From assembly GCA_950097015.1 (NCBI GenBank), contig CATNEN010000033.1:5208001-5272000 (forward strand): a DNA stretch of 64,000 nt, written 5' to 3'. The notes below the pieces were generated by a model that ran no database searches, was not told where the DNA came from, and saw nothing but the letters and a program-made list of their open reading frames with translations. This DNA comes from Macrostomum hystrix (taxonomy: Eukaryota > Animalia > Platyhelminthes). Positions 63,514-64,000 of the stretch are shown here, piece by piece (position 1 is the first letter of the stretch; the number at the start of each line of letters is the position of its first letter). The translations under genes were made by a program, and so were the position numbers.

Positions 63514-64000
63514 CGTAGCGTCGAATTTCTAGGAAATGTACTCGTATTTTAATTTCGCGCTAAGAAAAAATAAAAAAAATGTTTGATAAAAGCCTTCTGT
63601 AGATTCAATTTTGCGTTGCGCAATTCGTGTGTACTTTTACTTCAGATTTTTATGGAATTCGTCTAAGAGATGTATCAGGGTAACTTCAAATTCATAGTAT
63701 TTCTCACTTTTTGTGGTGACGAGTCAAACTGCTGTTAATTGGAATTAAGAAACTCGTGGACTCAAAATAGATTATTCCATTGCCTGCGAATATAAATCAC
63801 TTGGCTAGATCACCTAGCTCTAAATAGACGGCGCTTTCAGAAGAAGTGTTTGCTTTTCTTGTGGCTTATTTTGCTAGGTTCATTCTGCTATTTATTTTCT
63901 ATTTCGTGTTTTAACAGCATGTACTACTGTCAGTTTAATGATGAGTAGTACCTGGTTTTTATTCTGTAAATTGTTAAAAGCTATCGCAAAGTCATATTTT

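Overview
Eukaryotic, intron-containing animal DNA. The style (GC-rich exons, poly-Q/A tracts, a different minisatellite in almost every intron or 3' flank) suggests a free-living flatworm such as Macrostomum; this is inference, not proof. 0.5-21 kb holds seven consecutive + strand genes in an operon-like run: two divergent mitochondrial SSB-like OB-fold genes, SLC25A32, a 3-domain gelsolin, VPS51, ORC3 and RPL35A. VPS51 and SSB-like-1 have no visible ATG and start in phase 0 at a splice acceptor, as expected if the flatworm spliced-leader AUG supplies Met1. 24.9-50.4 kb is a signalling cluster and the main candidate for an undescribed system: an IL-17-receptor-like type I membrane protein with a SEFIR/TIR-like tail, two intronless secreted proteins that each appear to carry two tandem IL-17-like domains, an inverted partial SEFIR duplicate spliced to a new exon, an eclosion-hormone-like 6-Cys peptide, and FoxJ2/3. 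53-59.5 kb is a very young Ty3/Gypsy element (LTRs 383/384 identical, 4-bp TSD, tRNA-Leu PBS, GGGAAAC slippery site plus predicted pseudoknot). 60.9-63.5 kb is a DAO-family FAD oxidoreductase. About nine single-base indels, mostly in homopolymer runs, break otherwise intact frames, probably as assembly errors; two of them hide the last IL-17 strand from the ORF track. All family assignments come from motif recognition by eye; no searches were run.
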